Source: Diplonema japonicum
Lineage: Eukaryota; Protista; Euglenozoa: Diplonemea
Direction of reading: 5' to 3'
Assembly: GCA_964019335.1 (NCBI GenBank)
Contig: OZ025683.1
Span: 372,001 to 436,000 of the forward strand
Length of the DNA: 64,000 nucleotides
Positions within the stretch are counted from its first letter, which is position 1, and the number at the start of each line of letters is the position of its first letter. The notes under the pieces were generated by a model. It ran no database searches. It was not told where the DNA came from and saw nothing but the letters and a program-made list of their open reading frames with translations. Below, piece after piece: positions 1-11,828 of this stretch. The position numbers were made by a program, and so were the translations under genes.

Positions 1-2103
1 GAGATCGATGCCGACATCATTCAGGCCATAGAGGAGGACACTGGTGAAACGGATATGCGGTACTCCCTGTCCCCGGAGGACCACACACACACACCGTCAG
101 TTGCAGCTGCACCTGCTGCGCCTCCTGTTTTAACAGCGTCTTCTGAAAGGAACATCGCAACCCCGCACTCGATACCAGGGCTCATGCCCACCCCTGTTGT
201 GACACCTGTGCCTGAGGTCGAAGTGCAGGAACACGCTGAGTTCGAAGTTTCTGAGATCGGCGACAGTGATCTGACAGCAGAGCACAAACCGGGGCCCTAC
301 CCTGATACATTGCAGCAGATTTCGATGCACCCTGTGGAGCTCACTACAGTCAACTATGATGAGGGTGAGGTGGAAATTGCTGGACACGAGGTGATGGACG
401 CAAGGGGGGGGTTCGACTCCTCTGCGGAGATCCAACACGTCAGCTTGATGCGCGATGACAGCGAGGTGCTAAAGACTGGTGAGGCACAAGAGGCATTCCA
501 AGAAGAGACATACAACAGCGAGCAGGACAGCAAACCAAAGACGGAAGAGCCGCAAGTGGCAGCTCCTCGTCAGTTTGAAGAACCTGAAGTCATAGCAATA
601 TCTTCCTCCTGTGTTGTAAATGAGTCTCCGCAACCGAGGCAAGTGCCAGAACCGGTGCTAGAGCCGGAGATAGAACCAGAGCATGAATCTGAGTCCGAAT
701 TTGAGCCCCAACCTGAGCCTGAGCCTGAGCCCCAACCTGTGGAAGATGTGATGGAGGAAGATGTGAACCCAGCTGCAGCTGAACCTGTACCAGCGCCGGT
801 TGTTCTTGAGACAATTGAACCGAAAGCAGAACCTGAGCCAGAAGAACTGGAGCCGGAAACAGAACCGGAGGCAGAACATGAGACAGGACTAGGACCTGAA
901 CCAGGGACAGAATCTGAATTTGAGAAACACCTGAGCCCTAGCGGGAAGCCACCGCTGGACAGAAGCATTGTTAGGGACGAAGAGTTCAGGAAGCCCGACC
1001 TTCACACCCGAAGGTCAAGCATGCACGGAAGCGAAGCATCTTACTGCGACACGACGGACGACGAGGCGCACCACGAATGGTCAGACTGCTTGCAGCTACC
1101 CTCGCCCCGTAAGGCGCCAAGCAAGTTAGGGAAGGCCGTGAGCATAAACATCAAGGGGCTCCCGTTATTGCGCCCGCAGGAGACGGTTGTGGAAACGGCT
1201 GTTGTGCAGCCGCCGCCACCTGACGTCACACTGACGTCTGCTAGTCCCTTCCAGTCACCAATGCCGAAGCAAGCACAGTCACCAGCACCCGATGCAGGGG
1301 AAGTACCTGTACCTGAGATGAGTCTTGACAAGCACGAGGCGAGACAGGAGAGCGAAGAGGAGGAACTTGTTGGCCCTGTACCGCCATGCACGCTGCCATC
1401 AGGGAAAGGGAAGAAACAAAACTGTGTTAAAATTAAAGTCACGGGGCTGCCTAGTGCTACGCAACCTGAGGCGGGGGAGTTAAACAGGGAGCTAGTGAAA
1501 CTGAAGGAGGAAGAGACACAGGATGCGGTCCTCCCCCAGCAACCGCAGGTACAGCTGGCTCAGAAGCAAGCTACCGTGCCACAAGCTAGCAGTCCGGAAG
1601 AAGTGGAAGAGCAAAGGAAGAAAGATGAAATGGCGAAAAAGAACAGGACTATGGATTTGGAGCTGTTGGGGGGTGCGAAAGAGGTGATGAAAAAACAGAA
1701 AGTGACACAAGTAAAGGGCGACAGGGAGGTAATCATAAGCGGGTGTGTCTTGAAGCCGAAGGGACCTGCGAAGGTGAAGGTAGTTGTCGAGCAGAAGAAG
1801 TTCATCGTCATCAAGACCAAGCGCGCTCTGCGCAAGAGCAAGATTCTGTACTGTATCCCCACTATCTACACTGCGGCTCCTGAGAAACTGATCACAACAA
1901 ACCAAAGGGACCTCTTCATCTGGAATGTTTTCACCCCGGAAGGCTCCTCCGGCTGGATCTGCTTGCAGACGTCTAGCCCCGAAGCAGCATCCAAAGCTGC
2001 TGCCCATCTTACCAAAGCACTTCGCAACGCTATCTACGAGCGTAACAAACCCCAATCCGCTGAGAGCGGTGGGTCAGACAGCTCAAGATCCCCAAAATCT
2101 TAG
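1..2103 (+). CDS. 3' part of a large acidic, Glu/Pro-rich protein with a possible PH-like C-terminal domain (5' end outside window)
   Basis: Frame open from position 1 to TAG 2101-2103; long EP-rich low-complexity region, then a globular-looking C-terminus. Confidence 0.75.
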   Translation, partial: EIDADIIQAIEEDTGETDMRYSLSPEDHTHTPSVAAAPAAPPVLTASSERNIATPHSIPGLMPTPVVTPVPEVEVQEHAEFEVSEIGDSDLTAEHKPGPYPDTLQQISMHPVELTTVNYDEGEVEIAGHEVMDARGGFDSSAEIQHVSLMRDDSEVLKTGEAQEAFQEETYNSEQDSKPKTEEPQVAAPRQFEEPEVIAISSSCVVNESPQPRQVPEPVLEPEIEPEHESESEFEPQPEPEPEPQPVEDVMEEDVNPAAAEPVPAPVVLETIEPKAEPEPEELEPETEPEAEHETGLGPEPGTESEFEKHLSPSGKPPLDRSIVRDEEFRKPDLHTRRSSMHGSEASYCDTTDDEAHHEWSDCLQLPSPRKAPSKLGKAVSINIKGLPLLRPQETVVETAVVQPPPPDVTLTSASPFQSPMPKQAQSPAPDAGEVPVPEMSLDKHEARQESEEEELVGPVPPCTLPSGKGKKQNCVKIKVTGLPSATQPEAGELNRELVKLKEEETQDAVLPQQPQVQLAQKQATVPQASSPEEVEEQRKKDEMAKKNRTMDLELLGGAKEVMKKQKVTQVKGDREVIISGCVLKPKGPAKVKVVVEQKKFIVIKTKRALRKSKILYCIPTIYTAAPEKLITTNQRDLFIWNVFTPEGSSGWICLQTSSPEAASKAAAHLTKALRNAIYERNKPQSAESGGSDSSRSPKS

Positions 2104-2435
2104 ATTTTTATATATTTTTCTTCTTCTTCTTTTTTTTTTTTTTTTTTTTTTTTTTTTGCCAGGTTTACAACAATTAAAGTAGTGAGAATCTGTAGGTTCT
2201 CTATTCTTGTTTTCTTTTTCCGTATTATTATTTTAGACGAGTAGAGAGGGGGGGGGGGGGGGTGAAGAAAAAAACCGCACAAAAAGAATGAAACGCCAAA
2301 TAGAGCAAAGAAAAATGAGAGAAAAAAAAAAAAGAAACCGTATTTTTTTTTATCCTTCCCATACCCCCCATAGTATTCATTGCTTTATTCCCTGGCCGTT
2401 TTTCGCATAGAACTAAAACAGTGCGCCGCCGGGTG

Positions 2436-3161
2436 ATGGCGAACCCTGGGCTGGTCTTATGGCTGGCGGTTGGGGTGAATGAGTGTTTGTTAGATGCAGG
2501 GAAGGTGTGCAGCAGCGCGGGGCAGTACTGCGTTGACCCGACGCCGAACGGTGTGGAGGGTGAGGGTGGTTGGTGGTGCCACTGTGTCGAACCGTTCACG
2601 GAAGCAGCCATGGAGAGGCCGGCAGTATGCGGACAGGGAACGGCTCAAGGGGGAAACGAGCAACGCCCCACCGACGCGGTGATGCCCTCTGTCGTCAATG
2701 AGTACACACTCACAACATACGGCGGGACAGAAGGCTGGAAGAATAAAGTCGCAAGTCTTTTGAACATAGACCCCACCAGCCTCTCTGCTTCACAGTCTGG
2801 CGACCACGTCTGGCTGGCCTTCCATCCCCCCACTGCACAAGAGGCAATGACGCTCTTTTATGCTCAAACCCGGTGTTGCCCATTGCCCTGCACCACACAG
2901 CCCACCACTACCACCTCCGCTTTCTGTTCCACTTTGGGTATCACCTCCAATACACCTCTGAAGCTCGTTCCCTGCCTTTCCCTAACTCCCGTAGAATGCC
3001 CGTATCACCCTTCTTGTACCGTCGAAGGTTTGTTGTGCGTGAGAAAATCCACGCTGGACCCATTCGTAGGAGCTATATTGGGACCGTTGTTCGTCACGTT
3101 GGGGTGCATAGCCGCCGTGTTGGGGTTGTATAGGTTCAAGAGAATACCCATTTCGGTGTAA
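2436..3161 (+). CDS. Type I membrane protein with Cys-rich/EGF-like ectodomain
   Basis: Hydrophobic N-terminus (MANPGLVLWLAVGV), NEC..C..YC..WWCHC pattern, C-terminal TM helix followed by RFKR. Confidence 0.65.
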   Translation: MANPGLVLWLAVGVNECLLDAGKVCSSAGQYCVDPTPNGVEGEGGWWCHCVEPFTEAAMERPAVCGQGTAQGGNEQRPTDAVMPSVVNEYTLTTYGGTEGWKNKVASLLNIDPTSLSASQSGDHVWLAFHPPTAQEAMTLFYAQTRCCPLPCTTQPTTTTSAFCSTLGITSNTPLKLVPCLSLTPVECPYHPSCTVEGLLCVRKSTLDPFVGAILGPLFVTLGCIAAVLGLYRFKRIPISV

Positions 3162-3256
3162 AGGGGAATGGGGGGGAAATGTTGTATTGTTTTATTTAAA
3201 GAAGATTTTCTTCCACCCCCCCGTATCCCATGTGCCCAAGGCACCCCCTTTCCCAA

Positions 3257-3898
3257 ATGCTCGCCCTGCTGCACACAGCAGTGGTTGGTTTAGTGTGTTA
3301 TGACGCTTTAAACGCAACATCGTGGTGCGCTGGGTACTGCACTGTGGAGAGGACCGGAGGGGGATGGACGTCAGGGTGTGAAGTAGATGGGCCATGGGCC
3401 GGGATGTGCAGGGGAAGCAATGAGCTGGTCAAGGCAACCATCAACGGGATCATGCCTAGCAATGAGATGTGGTGCTGCGGAAGGGACGCTTGCAATGACG
3501 CAAGCCTGCTGTCCCCACTGCCCTCGGATGACAGCCAGAAAGGGTCTTTGCAATGCATTTCTTCCTGCTCTGGGGCGGACTGCAACCCTGCGTTCAATTC
3601 CACCTCTCAGAATTGTTCGTTCTGCACGGTGCAGCGGTTTGGGTCATCTTGGGTCCACTCGTGTTCCTCCACGCGGTTCTTGAACTGCACACCTACCCAT
3701 CACCAACCCAACCCGGGGTTCCTTTTCTGGTGCTGTTCGTCTCACCTATGTAACACCCTCCCACCTGGGTGGGACCCAACTGCTGTCACACCAATCGCAA
3801 CACCAGTAGACCCAACGGTCAACGAGGGCGGTGCGTTGCGGTATTGCAGATATTTTGTTTATGTATCCGTTGCCTTGGGGCTGCACCCTTTTTTCTAA
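3257..3898 (+). CDS. Secreted or membrane-anchored Cys-rich protein with two CCxxxxCN (Ly6/uPAR-like) modules
   Basis: Signal-like MLALLHTAVVGLVC; CCGRDACN and CCSSHLCN; hydrophobic C-terminus. Confidence 0.65.
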   Translation: MLALLHTAVVGLVCYDALNATSWCAGYCTVERTGGGWTSGCEVDGPWAGMCRGSNELVKATINGIMPSNEMWCCGRDACNDASLLSPLPSDDSQKGSLQCISSCSGADCNPAFNSTSQNCSFCTVQRFGSSWVHSCSSTRFLNCTPTHHQPNPGFLFWCCSSHLCNTLPPGWDPTAVTPIATPVDPTVNEGGALRYCRYFVYVSVALGLHPFF

Positions 3899-4016
3899 AA
3901 GGGGGAACAAAAAAAAAAAAGTTTTTTCTGTTTTTTTTTTTTTTTTTCTATTCCCCTTATTTTCTTTTTTTCTTCTCAAAAAAAAAAACTTTAAAATAGG
4001 GGATTAAGGACACAAG

Positions 4017-5447
4017 ATGGGACAAATGCTTCCGAAGCCGGTGACCACGAAGGTGGTCGAGCGCAAGGGAAACAAGAGGTTTAGGGTGGGTGTGAGCTGC
4101 ATGAACGGCTTTCGAGAACGAATGGAAGACGACCACACCATAGAGCTGCACGACGAATGGGGCTTCTTCGCAGTGTTCGATGGCCACGTGGGCCCTGCTT
4201 GTGCCGAGTTCATGGCGAAAGCCTTCCCAGAGCGCTTGCGGAATATGGTACAAAAACAAAAACCCCTACCTTACCTAAACACAGACAATACCTGTATCAG
4301 ATGAAGATCTTACCAAACTGAGTCTTGATCTCGATAGAGAATTCCTGGCCACTCAGGTATAGACGCCAAAAAGAAAAAAAAAAAAAAAAAAAAAAAAAAG
4401 ACCTTTTTACAATTCACAGTCTGAAGACGGCAGCACGGGAACGTACTTTACGGCAATTCCCATTGCTGATGGGAAGTACACTTTACAGGTATTGTGAACA
4501 ACATAAACCTTAACACAAACCACCGACAGGTAGGAAACGTGGGGGACAGCAGGGTGATTGTAGGAAAGGGTGGCGTGGCACACCCCATGACCACGGACCA
4601 CAAGCCGACCAACGAAGAGGAGAAGCAACGGATAGAACTAGCGGGCGGGCACGTAACCTCGAACAGGGTGGACGGGAGGCTTGCTGTGAGCAGGGCCTAC
4701 GGCGACGTCGAGTACAAGAAGGGCGACGACAACACCAAGCACAAGGTCATCGCAGTACCGCAGATCACCTACACGGAGGTGGGCCCTGCCGACTTCGTGT
4801 TTCTGTCATGCGATGGAGTCTTCGAGTCGCATTTCACAAACGAGGAGGTCATCGAGTTTGTGCACAACAAGCTAAAGACGACCAACGACCTCACAGAGGT
4901 GGCCTCTGCTGTCTGCCACGAGGCTCTGGAAAGGGGCTCCCGCGACAACATCTCTGCCATGATAGTCCAGTTTGCTGACGGGACAGACTACCAAAACCTT
5001 GCGGAGCAAAAGGAGCTCATTTTGGGGCCCTTCTCATCGCCCGAATCAACCCTCTTCACCACTGCTTACAAGGGGATGATCCACCCGCTTACGTTCCACG
5101 CCGCAATTGAGAAGCGCTTTGACTATGCAGTTGAGCTCCTTGAGAAGCGAATTGCATTCACCAAGACCACCGACAAGGGATGCGACTTGTCCACCCTTGA
5201 CGACACCGAGCTGCGTAAGCTCTTGATTTCTTTGTCTACAGGTCAGGACTACCCTAGCCTCGTGGCTTTTTCCAGACAGGAGCTCATGAGAGCGGTAGAG
5301 CAGGTTTCTTTTTTTTGGGGGGGGAGGGGAAAAAAAAGAAAAAAAAATACAGCGCAAGGCTGAAAAGACTATCATCCCTTTGGACATTATTGAGCTCAGG
5401 GAGGAGATTAGCAGTTACAACATTGAAGGGGTGGTGCCACCGAAGGT

Positions 5448-5479
<32 letters not shown>

Positions 5480-5651
5480 GAGAAGGGAGGGAGGGGAAGA
5501 AAAAAAAAAAATACAGATCTCTGATGAGGTTGCACGAAAGGAGTGGTTCAGAAACTTTGTAGAATTGATGGAGCAGAGGGAAAAACCTGATCCGCCACCG
5601 AGCCAAGTAGCTCTTCTTGCGCAGTTGTTGATGAACCAAGGCAACAAATAG
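4017..5651 (+). CDS. Protein phosphatase 2C (PPM family), 6 exons
   Basis: RERMED, FAVFDGH, NVGDSR, DHKP, LAVSRAYGD, SCDGVF and GSRDN motifs. GT-AG introns 4248-4284, 4357-4419, 4489-4529, 5304-5352 and 5446-5516 restore one frame to TAG 5649-5651. Confidence 0.92.
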
Positions 5652-6870
5652 AAATAAAAAAAATTCAGGGGGGAAAAAAAAAAAGGGTTGGGTTAAATAC
5701 ACGTTCCCCCCCCTCTTTTTTTTCAAAAAACTTTTTCCGTTTTGTATTTTCTTCCCCCCCCTTTCTTTTAAGGAACAAAGTACTTTTCTGTGTCTGATCT
5801 ACAAGGGCCCGTGGTTTGACGCAGTAGCCACGTGCTCAACCCATGCACAGGCTCTCTGAAAGGCCTTTGTGTCCTCGGTTTGGGCTCAAGGAACCAGCTG
5901 AGTATATTTTCCTTTCAACTTTTTTAACAATCTAAGGACGGAAAAAGTTTTTTGTTTTTAGAAGAAAAGAAGAAGAAAATTAACAGAAAAAAAAAAAAAA
6001 AAAAAAGAAAAAAAAAAGAAGAAAAAATATTATGTCTTCCCCCCCCCTTCAAAAGTGTACTTGGTCCCTTCCCGTTTCTCCACTCTCCACTCTTTCTTTC
6101 TTTCTTTTTTTTTTTTGATTTTCTTCTTGTATTACCGGTAAATGTGTTCTTTTTTGAAGGTCTTTCACGTTTTTTCTTTTTTTTTTTTTTTTTTTTGTTC
6201 ACACCGGTATTAACCCGTAGATGGTTAATTAAAAAGGAAATTAGTAGGCATTGTGAAGCCTACGCTTCCAATAGGTTCCACCCTCGGCTGTGAAAAACCA
6301 ACAAGCTACTACTACACTAACTGCTTATTTTCTTTTCTATCCCCTTGCCCTGCCACCTTCTCGTTTCAGCGGGCGGTTTTATTTTTATTCGGCAAAAGGG
6401 GGGGGTTTTTGTCAGTAAGAGAAAAAAAAAAAAAAAAAAAAAGGAACCAGCATCCCCCTCTCCCTAATAAGGTTTTTTTTTTGTTTTCTCTCTCCCGATA
6501 TCTACCCTTGTTAGCTTTTTGTTGTTTCTCTTTTTTTTTTTATTGACACAAATTAACAACATGCAAAAAAAAAAAAAAAAAAAGGGGGTGAGAGGGACAA
6601 GAAAGGGAGGAAAAAAAAAAAAAAAACTGGGACAATGAAAAAAAAAAAAAAAAGAAAGGAGAAAATACTGCTGGGGGGGAAATAAGGGGGGGTGGAAGGG
6701 GCACCCTTATTTTATATTTCTTTTATTATATAGTTTTTTTCTTTTTTATTTTTTTTGCTGGAACAAGTAAACAAATTTTTGAAAAGAAATGTTATTGCAA
6801 AAAAGAGTAGAGGCAGCTTGTCCGTTTATCCCTACTGTAGGTGAAACGGCTTGCACAAACAATCAGCCGA

Positions 6871-6908
<38 letters not shown>

Positions 6909-6910
<2 letters not shown>

Positions 6911-7962
6911 GAAGAGGCTGATCGAGAAGAGATCAACCTTCGTGGGGATGGAGGCAGGGGCGTGCCCGTCCACTAACTATTGGTGGAAAAATCTCCAGGC
7001 CCGGAGACCGTTGGTGTCCTTTAGGTTGCGGCGCATCATTAGTGGTGCAGTGTTCACAACTCACCCGAGGGGAGGGTGTGGGGGAGAAAATTGGATGGCC
7101 CTGGTGTGGAAAACCCAGCATTAGCGTGTGACGTTTGCGACCACCGGTCCCAGACAACGACCAGCATGACAGAGCATGCACTGTGGGAGTGCGAGCCGGC
7201 AAGGAGTGTGTTGGAAAGCGAGCAATACGCAGAGGTGAAGCGAGAAGGCCTCCCAGCTGCCACAGCCCTTCACGGGATAGTCCCAAGAGGGGCCGACAAA
7301 GCAGGGAAAGAACGTGCCAGGATGGTGCAACAATACCTCCTGAAAGTAGTGACGGTCCGTGACGCTAGAGCAGCGGAAAAAAGCAAGAGAGTGCTCACCT
7401 CCACCCTTGGGATGAGGTAACGACAGGGAGGCAACATGATGTTCCGACGAAGCGTTGCTGAAGGCGAACGGGGCGTCAGGCGCGGTCCTGACCTTTCATT
7501 TGAAGAACGTCCTCAAGTGGCCAAGAGGCCTACGATGGTACGATGGTAAGAAGAAAACTTCCGTCACTACAATGGAACTCGCCATAGACTATGAGCAGAC
7601 CACCCGCCGGTCGCTCATAGGTCCCCTCGACGATCAAGACCTGCTCACGGAGAAGGCCGCAAGGATGCGATACATCTTGGGTCGCATCCAGAAATGCTCA
7701 GCACGCTGTGGAAGGTGCATACCCTTCGACATCTTGGGGGCCCGACGGCACACGGCTACGACAGGAGACCACTCTTCTCCTCGAGCCAAACCCCCCCCTA
7801 CCTAGCACGACTCCAAGCAATGTTGCTCGCCCAGATGCCGTCCATCTCATCGCGACAAACAGCCACCGCAGGCACCAGGCAGCAACCGCAGAACGGTGAC
7901 CGATTAGTGTGAATTTCTACCTGAACAGTGAGCACCCCCATGCACACTGAAATTTTATCGAG
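6909..7962 (+). mobile_element. Decayed 3' fragment of an RLE-type non-LTR retrotransposon (CCHC knuckle + restriction-like endonuclease)
   Basis: CDVCDH..EHALWEC; after in-frame TAA 7418, RRGPDLSFE; after a frameshift, TMELAIDYE, EKAARMRY and IPFDILGAR; flanked by poly(T) runs. Confidence 0.55.
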
Positions 7963-8208
7963 TTTTTTTTTTTTTTTTTCCATCTCGGCCCGTGTGTGTT
8001 TTTTTTATGCCCCTTTTCCCATCCGGTTTTTTTTAGGGTCAATATTTTTTGAAGCAAAAAAAAAACCACCCCCCAAAAGTGAGTGACTTTGAGCATTTCT
8101 AAAATTTATAAAAAAAAAAAAAACTAATTTTTGATGAAATTGTTTATTTTTATTTATTATTTTTTTTTTAAGGCAATCAATGTAGGACAATTAATACCCA
8201 CCCATTGT

Positions 8209-8241
<33 letters not shown>

Positions 8242-8304
8242 ACACACACACACGCACACAAAAGGGGGGAGGGAAGAAAAACCCCATATGAACTGAGCAT
8301 AAAA

Positions 8305-11300
8305 ATGTTAATTGCACCTAGAGAAGTGATTAAGACATTAGATAGGGGCGGTCAGGGCCTGCTCGGGGTACTTGATGTGTGGGGGTGCGCGGAAAGAGGA
8401 ACAGATGGGATAAAGGTAACGAAGTGCGAGGTGCTGAGCATCTCAATTGAGAAAATGGGAAACAAAAAAGACGGCCGGGTACTCATCCGTAGGATCAGCG
8501 AGAAGATCACCGACTTCAAAGGAGTGGTGGCCACCCTCAGGGAGAGGGACGCCGCCTTCATAAAACCACTCCTGAAGGCAGAAAAAATACGGTGTTTGGC
8601 ATGGTGCGACGAGGACAGATCCCTCCTGGGGTTCACAGATCTGTTCAAAATTAAAATTGCGATCACCGCAGAAACCAACTTATCTTCATCAGTTGCGCCT
8701 TCCATCACCGGTGTCGCCACTGCCACCGGAACAATCAAGCAAAACATGCAAGATAAGACACAAGGTGCAGCTTCAAAAGATATCAGAATTGCTGTCTCAA
8801 AACTGTTCAAAAGACTTACATCCACGACACCACCGCCAGTTCCTCGATGCAGACGTCTAGAAGAGGACTTCAAAAAAGATCAAATCGAGGTTTTCTTCTC
8901 ACCGAAGAATATTACCACCCAGCAGCCACAACAGCACCATGAAATAGTCATCGATGACTCCATCAATACATCAGAACTTACGCAGGTTCTCGCGGAAGAA
9001 GAGCTGTCCACCGAAGAGGCCGAACAGCCGAAAACTGTCGTCACACAACTGCACCCTCACCAGAAGCGTGCACTTCACTGGATGGCATCAAGGGAAGAAG
9101 GCACAGAAGTAGCCGAGTCTTTTAAAAACCTGATTTTATGGGATACCTACACCCTCCCTTACCGTGTGGGGTATCATCAGATTAATGGAAAGCTAGTCGA
9201 AGCTAAAATGTGGGCGAACAACCCCACCAACCGAGTCTGGGTGAACCAGTGGAGCGGCGAGGTGCTTAACATTGAGCCTCCAAAACCACCACCTGCTAAG
9301 GGAGGCGTTCTTGCCGACGAGATGGGCCTTGGCAAGACCCTCACGATGCTTGCCCTGCTGTCCAAAACATTCAAAACAAACACACGGGAAGCTTCTCTGA
9401 AACGGAAACGCAGTGTCTCTGTGGACTCTGATAAAACAAACGTCAGCATCTCTTCCGACAGGACGTTCATCGATGTTGATGGAGGCTCCTCTTCAGACCC
9501 CTTTGAGGACCTCGACGATGCACCCCCAACAAAGTGGGGCCTCCCATCCTCCAGCGATTCCCAAGAGGAGCGGACTTTGATCGTCGCACCCGTGTCCCTC
9601 CTCACGCATTGGGCTGACGAAGCCACAAGGCACTTGTCCAAAAACTGTGCTCGTGTCCACCATTACCACGGCAACAAGCGGGGGAAGAGCTCTGAGGAGT
9701 TGAAGCGGTACAACATCGTGCTGACCTCGTACACGGTGGTGGGGTTGGAGTGGCAGAAGATCGCAAAAATGGGCAACAAAATAGACCCAAACAGGTTCAG
9801 CGCGGGCACGTTGCCGGAGGAAAAGTCAGCGTTGTTGCCGCAGAAGACGATCCCACCGCTGTTCGGGGTGCACTGGGACAGGATCATCTTGGACGAGGCG
9901 CACACCATACGCGAGGCCACCACACAGTGGTCGCAGGGCTGCACGGCACTGCGTGGAACGAAGCGGTGGTGCGTCACAGGCACTCCTGTGCAGAACAAAC
10001 TAGACGACCTCTGGTCCCTGTTGCGCTTCCTCAAGATCCCCGTGCTGTCGGAGCACGTCCTGTGGACCAAGCTCATCGGCCGCCCCCTCGAGGCGGGTGC
10101 CGACACTGTCAAAGGCGTCACACCTGACGACGACGTTGAGATCTCTGACTTCTCTGATACCACTGCTGCCATCGAGCGCATCAAGAGCATGCTCCGCGTG
10201 CTTGTCCTGCGCAGGGAGAAGAAGAACATCTCCGACGTGGGCCTCCCCCCGAAGACGGAGACTGTTGTGCGGTTGGACTTCACAGACGACGAAAGACCTT
10301 TCTACGAGGTGCTCAGCAAACTGATGCAAGACAAGTTCAACGGCTGGCTGAAGACAGGCGAGCTCGGCAAGAAGAGAGCCAACGTGCTCGAGATGCTTCT
10401 CCGACTGCGGCAGGCCACTGACCACCCATACCTTGTCATCAACGGCATCAGCAGGATGCAGGGGCTCATGAGCGACACTGCGTACCTCGCTGCCTTCGTC
10501 ACCTCTCTCAAGACGGACGCCGACGGCGACGACTACCGACTGAAGCTGGCGAGGAAGATCGAAGGCCTCGGATCGACGACAGAAGCCGTGCAGACGCTGT
10601 CCGAGAGCAAGACATGTCCAGCATGCCAGGACACAGTCGACCTGAACGACCCGTCGCTCCTCCCGTGTGGGCACTCCTACTGCTACGACTGCGCGCGGCA
10701 GACAGTCACGTTGACTGGGAGGTGCAAAACATGCGCGGCCCCTGCAACAGTACACCAGCTAATCCGCCCTCTAGGTCCGGAGAACCTCAGGCACGTCGAC
10801 CCCGGAAAAAATTGGAAACCAAGCAGCAAGGTGGTCCGGCTGCTGAAGGATCTAAAAGCACTGGGACGGGGCAACAAGGCTGTGGTGTTCAGCCAGTTCA
10901 CGTCGATGCTGGACATCGTGGAGATCGCACTGACAAGGGAGAAAATAGGACACTCCAGACTGGATGGCAGCATGGATGTCAGGAAGAGGGACAAATCTGT
11001 TGAAATGCTGCGAACAGACCCGCAGTGCGTGTGCATCTTGGTATCCCTGAAGGCGGGGGGTGTCGGGCTAAACCTATCGGCAGCCAACACCGTGATCCTG
11101 CTGGACCCATGGTGGAACCCCGCATCAGAGGCACAGGCCATGGACCGTGTGCATCGTGTAGGCCAGACAAAGCCCGTCACTGCCTTACGCTACATCATCT
11201 CGGATACAGTGGAAGAGAGACTCCTCATGGTGCAGCACAGGAAGAAGTCCCTATCTGACGGCCTACTGGGGGACTTTAGCATTACTCAGAACAAGCTGAC

Positions 11301-11340
11301 GCTGGATGACCTCAAGACACTCTTTGGCTTCGATCAATAG
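8305..11340 (+). CDS. SNF2-family helicase with embedded RING finger (Rad5/Rad16/HLTF-like)
   Basis: LADEMGLGKT, ILDEAH, TGTPVQN; RING CPAC..PCGHSYCYDC..CKTC; VFSQF, GGVGLNL, QAMDRVHRVGQ. Start placed at ATG 8305. Confidence 0.93.
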   Translation: MLIAPREVIKTLDRGGQGLLGVLDVWGCAERGTDGIKVTKCEVLSISIEKMGNKKDGRVLIRRISEKITDFKGVVATLRERDAAFIKPLLKAEKIRCLAWCDEDRSLLGFTDLFKIKIAITAETNLSSSVAPSITGVATATGTIKQNMQDKTQGAASKDIRIAVSKLFKRLTSTTPPPVPRCRRLEEDFKKDQIEVFFSPKNITTQQPQQHHEIVIDDSINTSELTQVLAEEELSTEEAEQPKTVVTQLHPHQKRALHWMASREEGTEVAESFKNLILWDTYTLPYRVGYHQINGKLVEAKMWANNPTNRVWVNQWSGEVLNIEPPKPPPAKGGVLADEMGLGKTLTMLALLSKTFKTNTREASLKRKRSVSVDSDKTNVSISSDRTFIDVDGGSSSDPFEDLDDAPPTKWGLPSSSDSQEERTLIVAPVSLLTHWADEATRHLSKNCARVHHYHGNKRGKSSEELKRYNIVLTSYTVVGLEWQKIAKMGNKIDPNRFSAGTLPEEKSALLPQKTIPPLFGVHWDRIILDEAHTIREATTQWSQGCTALRGTKRWCVTGTPVQNKLDDLWSLLRFLKIPVLSEHVLWTKLIGRPLEAGADTVKGVTPDDDVEISDFSDTTAAIERIKSMLRVLVLRREKKNISDVGLPPKTETVVRLDFTDDERPFYEVLSKLMQDKFNGWLKTGELGKKRANVLEMLLRLRQATDHPYLVINGISRMQGLMSDTAYLAAFVTSLKTDADGDDYRLKLARKIEGLGSTTEAVQTLSESKTCPACQDTVDLNDPSLLPCGHSYCYDCARQTVTLTGRCKTCAAPATVHQLIRPLGPENLRHVDPGKNWKPSSKVVRLLKDLKALGRGNKAVVFSQFTSMLDIVEIALTREKIGHSRLDGSMDVRKRDKSVEMLRTDPQCVCILVSLKAGGVGLNLSAANTVILLDPWWNPASEAQAMDRVHRVGQTKPVTALRYIISDTVEERLLMVQHRKKSLSDGLLGDFSITQNKLTLDDLKTLFGFDQ

Positions 11341-11549
11341 AGGACGCATTTGCGTTTTTATCCCAGAATTATCTGAATGGGTTCTCTATTTTTATCTTTT
11401 TCAGCTCTGAAATGCCCCTCGAAAAGGACAAAAAAAAAAAAGTTCAGTAGAGAGATTATTTTGTAACGCATAACACGCATAACATTCTCATTGATACCTA
11501 CATAAAAAAAGTGTTTTTTTGTTCATCAAAAAAAAAAAAAAAAAAAAAA

Positions 11550-11828
11550 ATGTGCACTACGTACCAGGAGTTCGGTGACAAGCTCGACCGCCTTGATGCT
11601 GAGTTCGGCAAGAAGATGGAGGAGCAGAATAAAAAGTTCTTTTCTGACAAGCCGGACGAGACCACACTGTCGCCTGAGATGAAGGAGCACTACGACAAGT
11701 TCGAGAAGATGATCAAAGAGCACACTGACAAGTTCAACAAGAAGATGAAGGACCACTCCTCCCATTTCAAGCAAAAGTTCCAGGAACTCCTTGAGCAGCA
11801 GAAGAATGCCCAGTTCCCTGGTAAGTAA
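11550..11828 (+). CDS. KMP11: Kinetoplastid membrane protein-11 homologue (92 aa)
   Basis: TTYQEF..KLDRLDAEF..KKFFSDKPDETTLSPEMKEHY..KFQELLEQQKNAQFPGK; canonical 92-aa length. Confidence 0.97.
   Translation: MCTTYQEFGDKLDRLDAEFGKKMEEQNKKFFSDKPDETTLSPEMKEHYDKFEKMIKEHTDKFNKKMKDHSSHFKQKFQELLEQQKNAQFPGK

Noticed and set aside
5780-5905. Possible snoRNA or structured island downstream of PP2C
   Set aside because: No convincing box motifs
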